A DNA stretch of 64,000 nt. Source: an uncultured Chloroflexia bacterium. Lineage in GTDB: Bacteria > Chloroflexota > Anaerolineae > CG2-30-64-16. Made by a program: the position numbers and the translations under genes. The stretch lies in assembly GCA_963774265.1 (NCBI GenBank), contig CAVZDU010000010.1, positions 128,001 to 192,000 on the forward strand, written 5' to 3'. This document shows positions 60,991-64,000 of this stretch, piece by piece (within the stretch, counting starts at the first letter, position 1; the number at the start of each line of letters is the position of its first letter). The notes below the pieces were generated by a model. The model searched no databases, was not told the DNA's origin, and worked only from the letters and a program-made list of their open reading frames with translations.

Positions 60991-62610
60991 CAGCAATTCT
61001 GAATTTGGCATGGCTCCAAGCCGGTGAAGTCAAGGTCGGAGGTAGCCGGGGGCTGCCTGCGTGCGGGTGGACAGCCGCGGTGGCAGATTGAGGGCCGGAA
61101 AGAGGCGGGTCGGGCGGCCGGGAGTGGAGCTGGCGGCACTGGGCGCTGGCGCTGGACAGGCGACAGCCTCCGACCGGGGCCGGGATCAATGGGCGGTCAG
61201 GCCCATCGGGCATTAGGCTGGGGCTGGCGGACCCAACTCCAGTTGGCGATACATGAAGCTGAGCAGGTGCTGGAAGCTGCGCCAGTAGAGATAGGTCGTC
61301 AAGCCGCGCAGGTCATCGAAGAACTTGCGGCGGGTGCGCAGCTTCTGGCGGATGGCCTGGTACATCAGGCAGGCCAGGTCCAGCGCCGTGTGGAACAGGA
61401 AGGCCAGCAGCAGCAAACTCAAAAGCACAGCGGCCAGGTGCTGGTCGCCATGTCCGTAGTTGTGCTCGAAATGGTAGCCGCGCTGCTTGAGCACGTTGAT
61501 GCCTTCGTTTTCGACCTTCCAGCGGCTCCGCCCATCCTGGGCGACGGCCTCGACTGAAGTTTCGTCCAAAGCGTGGTCGGTGAGCCAGGCGTTGTGATAC
61601 AGCTGCTCGCCGCTCTCCTGGTTGATCAGCCGCAACTCACACCAGTTGACCTTGAGTGCGTCCTGCCCTTCGCGGATCGGCAACTCACTCGCCCAACGAT
61701 ATTGCCAGACCTCATGATGGCGGCCGTTCCAGCGCCGGATGCGCTTGCTTCCCACTGCCCCCTCGACCCGCTCCAGAAGCTGCAACTCTTCGTACAGCGT
61801 CGGGTGCGAGTCGGGTTTGCAGGTGAGGATGAAGTGCAGGTGGTGATCCAAGAGTAATTGACAGACCGGCTGGTGCGCATGCAGATCGTCGGTCAAGACG
61901 GTCGTACTCCAAGGCGCAAAGCGCCCGGCATGCTGCTTGACCCAGCGCTTGATGGCCCGCTGCTCGCAGTCCTGTTTGTCTGCCCCGTCCTGCGGCGTGA
62001 TGAACTCCGGCGGCAGACAGACCACGTGCGGCTGCGCGGGCGCGCCCACTACTGCAAGCAACACTTGATGCGCATAATAGGTACGTCCGTCGCGTACCGT
62101 CACCCGGCAGTTGTCACAGTGCACCTTCTGGGATGCAAAGGACTGCGTGCCGTCCAGCGACACCAACTGACTACCAGTCGCACCGTGATAGTCCCGCAGC
62201 GCCCCACGCCGGGCCAGCAGTTCGTAGCTCGCCCAAAAGGGTTCGCCCAGCAGGACCGGATCGACTGGATCGAGCAGATTGCGAGTCTGCCCATCGCTGG
62301 GAATCTCCGCCACGCCAAACAGGCTCTTGGCGTTATTGCGCCCGTGGTTCTCCTGCAGGTTCGTTTGGTAGGCCAGAAAGGAGGGCTCCTGCATGAAGAA
62401 CACCGAGAAAGCCGCTAGCCCGGCATCCGCAATCGCATAGTGCCCGTTCTCACCCCGCCGGTGCTCCGGAATCCGTTCCAGGCTGGCCCGCAAAAACCGC
62501 AGCAACTCGCTGAACCTTACCTGTTTCCCACCCATGCCTCGCCCCACCTCACGCCGGATTCGCTGGCTCACCTCCCAGTCTACCACTCCCCGCCATATTT
62601 AGAATTGCTG
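60991..62610 (-). mobile_element. 1620-bp insertion sequence (DDE, IS4-like/ISNCY)
   Basis: TIR CAGCAATTCTRAATWTGGC at both ends; 9-bp TSD CGGCTCGTG at 60982-60990 and 62611-62619. Confidence 0.92.
61213..62586 (-). CDS. DDE transposase (alternative start 62535)
   Basis: SLDGT, KQDCE, TDDLH, GRSRWKVENEG..LK..GY.FEHNYGHG. Confidence 0.9.
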   Translation of the reverse strand: MVDWEVSQRIRREVGRGMGGKQVRFSELLRFLRASLERIPEHRRGENGHYAIADAGLAAFSVFFMQEPSFLAYQTNLQENHGRNNAKSLFGVAEIPSDGQTRNLLDPVDPVLLGEPFWASYELLARRGALRDYHGATGSQLVSLDGTQSFASQKVHCDNCRVTVRDGRTYYAHQVLLAVVGAPAQPHVVCLPPEFITPQDGADKQDCEQRAIKRWVKQHAGRFAPWSTTVLTDDLHAHQPVCQLLLDHHLHFILTCKPDSHPTLYEELQLLERVEGAVGSKRIRRWNGRHHEVWQYRWASELPIREGQDALKVNWCELRLINQESGEQLYHNAWLTDHALDETSVEAVAQDGRSRWKVENEGINVLKQRGYHFEHNYGHGDQHLAAVLLSLLLLAFLFHTALDLACLMYQAIRQKLRTRRKFFDDLRGLTTYLYWRSFQHLLSFMYRQLELGPPAPA

Positions 62611-62783
62611 CGGCTCGTGTTCATGCGCCGCGCCATTTCCGTTTTGGATAGCTGCTGCTCTGCCATCAATTTGGCTATCTGAAACGCCAGCACGCGCTTG
62701 GCTGCGACCGCCTCCGCCTCGGGGAGCCGGCCCTCTTCTTCCAGGAAATCATCCAGGCTGCTGCCCAGGTGTGTTTCGTTCAT
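62611..62783 (-). pseudogene. 5' fragment of an XRE-HTH antitoxin (reads into the IS to a stop at 62580)
   Basis: HLGSSLDDFLEEEG..AKRVLAFQI..MARRMNTSR. Confidence 0.85.
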
Positions 62784-62793
62784 CTTGCTTCCC

Positions 62794-63144
62794 TCATTCT
62801 TCTCCCAGGGATCGCATGCGCTGCCTGGCAAGTTGCAGGTCCTGCAGCGGCATCTTTTGTGATTGCTTGATAAAGCCGTGCAGCAGGACCATCGTGTCGC
62901 CCTCAACGGTAAAAATCACACGCGCGATGCGCTCAGGGAGCCGCGATCGCACTTCCCACAACCCGGCCTCCAGCTTTCGGATTAAGGGCATGCCGAGCGG
63001 CCACCCGTACTGCGCAGTTTTCAGATCGTTACCGATGATCTTCCGTTCATCCGGTGGCAGCATCTTGAGCCAATCTCGTACCGGCTCATTGCCCGCGGCC
63101 GACCGATAGAACAGCACCTTCATCTGCGTCCTATTGTCTGTCAT
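62794..63144 (-). CDS. Type II toxin RelE/ParE (HigB/Gp49-like)
   Basis: FYRSAAGNEPVRDWL, GWPLGMP, LWEVR, LLHGFIKQSQK.P. Confidence 0.9.
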   Translation of the reverse strand: MTDNRTQMKVLFYRSAAGNEPVRDWLKMLPPDERKIIGNDLKTAQYGWPLGMPLIRKLEAGLWEVRSRLPERIARVIFTVEGDTMVLLHGFIKQSQKMPLQDLQLARQRMRSLGEE

Positions 63145-63461
63145 AGTGTACCATAATTGATGCGCCCTGGCAAGTGGAAATCAGTGCTGATCAACATATT
63201 CGGCGCGCCTGCGGTCTCATGCGCCGGTCACCACGAAATTTGACGGTGCGTGGCCCAATGCTGCGAGCAGCTTCCTCACGACCTGCACCACCGACCGCGC
63301 GCTCTGGTTGACTTCCACCTTGGTCTTCCCGGCGCCGGCTCATCGTTCAGGCCATACGGCGTGCTCCCAACCACGCGCAGCCGGTGCGCCTCAAGAAACT
63401 CGTGATACCCCTCCAACGGAATATAGATCGTCGCGGGCGTACTCCGCGCAGCCTTGCGCCG

Positions 63462-64000
63462 TCACTCGACATCCTCCTCCTCCTCTTCCTCCAGCGCGTC
63501 CACCATAAACAACGCCGGCTGGCCGTCCCCCCCACCCGGCGTGGCGCCGATGGCAGCCAGCCGGTGCTCCACGATGTAGTCGTCGCACCAATCCTGCGGG
63601 ATGCGATGCGTCTGCGCCTGCACGGCTCGTCCCTCTGGCGCGGCGGGTCCACCGGTTGCCTGGGTCCCCGGCGCCCCTTGTGTCCCTTGTGTCCTCATCA
63701 TCCCGCGTGGTTCGCGGGACTGTGGCTCGATGTCGCCCTCCACCAGGTCGCTTGCGGCCGGCAGTCCATCGGTCTCGGGCAGCGGCTCGCCCGGCTCCAG
63801 GTTCCACGGCTGTCCCTTGCGCTGCTCCGTGTTGATCACCCAGCCGTTCGCAATCGCAGTCTTCAGCCGCCGCGAGGCCGCCATTTTGTTGATGCCCAGC
63901 GCCTCGCCGACCCTGGTCTGGCTGACAGTCTCGGTGGACGCCTTCGCCGCATACAGCTGCGCCACAGCCTCGACCGCGGCCCGCACCTTCTCCGACGCGC
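63462..64000 (-). CDS. 3' part of a hypothetical protein with wHTH (phage/ICE-like); truncated by the window edge
   Basis: Open frame to the edge; VSQTRVGEALGINKMAASRRL..AIANGWV wHTH-like segment; acidic tail. Confidence 0.5.
   Translation of the reverse strand, partial: ASEKVRAAVEAVAQLYAAKASTETVSQTRVGEALGINKMAASRRLKTAIANGWVINTEQRKGQPWNLEPGEPLPETDGLPAASDLVEGDIEPQSREPRGMMRTQGTQGAPGTQATGGPAAPEGRAVQAQTHRIPQDWCDDYIVEHRLAAIGATPGGGDGQPALFMVDALEEEEEEDVE

Noticed and set aside
63190-63472. Small gene downstream of the truncated ORF
   Set aside because: Protein-like stretches are spread over different frames, so no consistent ORF can be supported.

Overview
A GC-rich bacterial chromosome segment, most consistent with Chloroflexota (Anaerolineae/Caldilineae-like). 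That assignment is inferred from gene content (RibXY under an FMN riboswitch, YLPL-motif secreted proteins, BTAD-AAA-TPR regulator), not from a marker search. About 59 kb is core genome. It holds translation and chromosome genes (prfA-prmC, tsaC, prfB with a programmed +1 frameshift, ftsY, smc, rnc, rsgA) and cell-envelope genes (two murJ, a GH-A/double-amidase autolysin, a LysM L,D-transpeptidase, GT4 and TagA). It also holds a DegV/bCerS-like GNAT/GT28 lipid operon, glgA, ansA, phasin-phaR and a stand-alone GyrA C-terminal domain gene. The last 4.5 kb is mobile DNA: a RAYT transposase with REP-derived tandem arrays, a 1620-bp IS (9-bp target duplication) splitting the antitoxin of a RelE/HigB-type TA pair, and a truncated phage/ICE-like ORF. 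The most notable unexplained structure lies upstream of rsgA: a promoter, a 24-aa leader peptide and two duplicated terminators, with the leader complementary to the terminators, which suggests a ribosome-sensing attenuator. Several single-base frameshifts probably reflect sequencing error. All product calls come from motifs read by eye, and no database searches were run.
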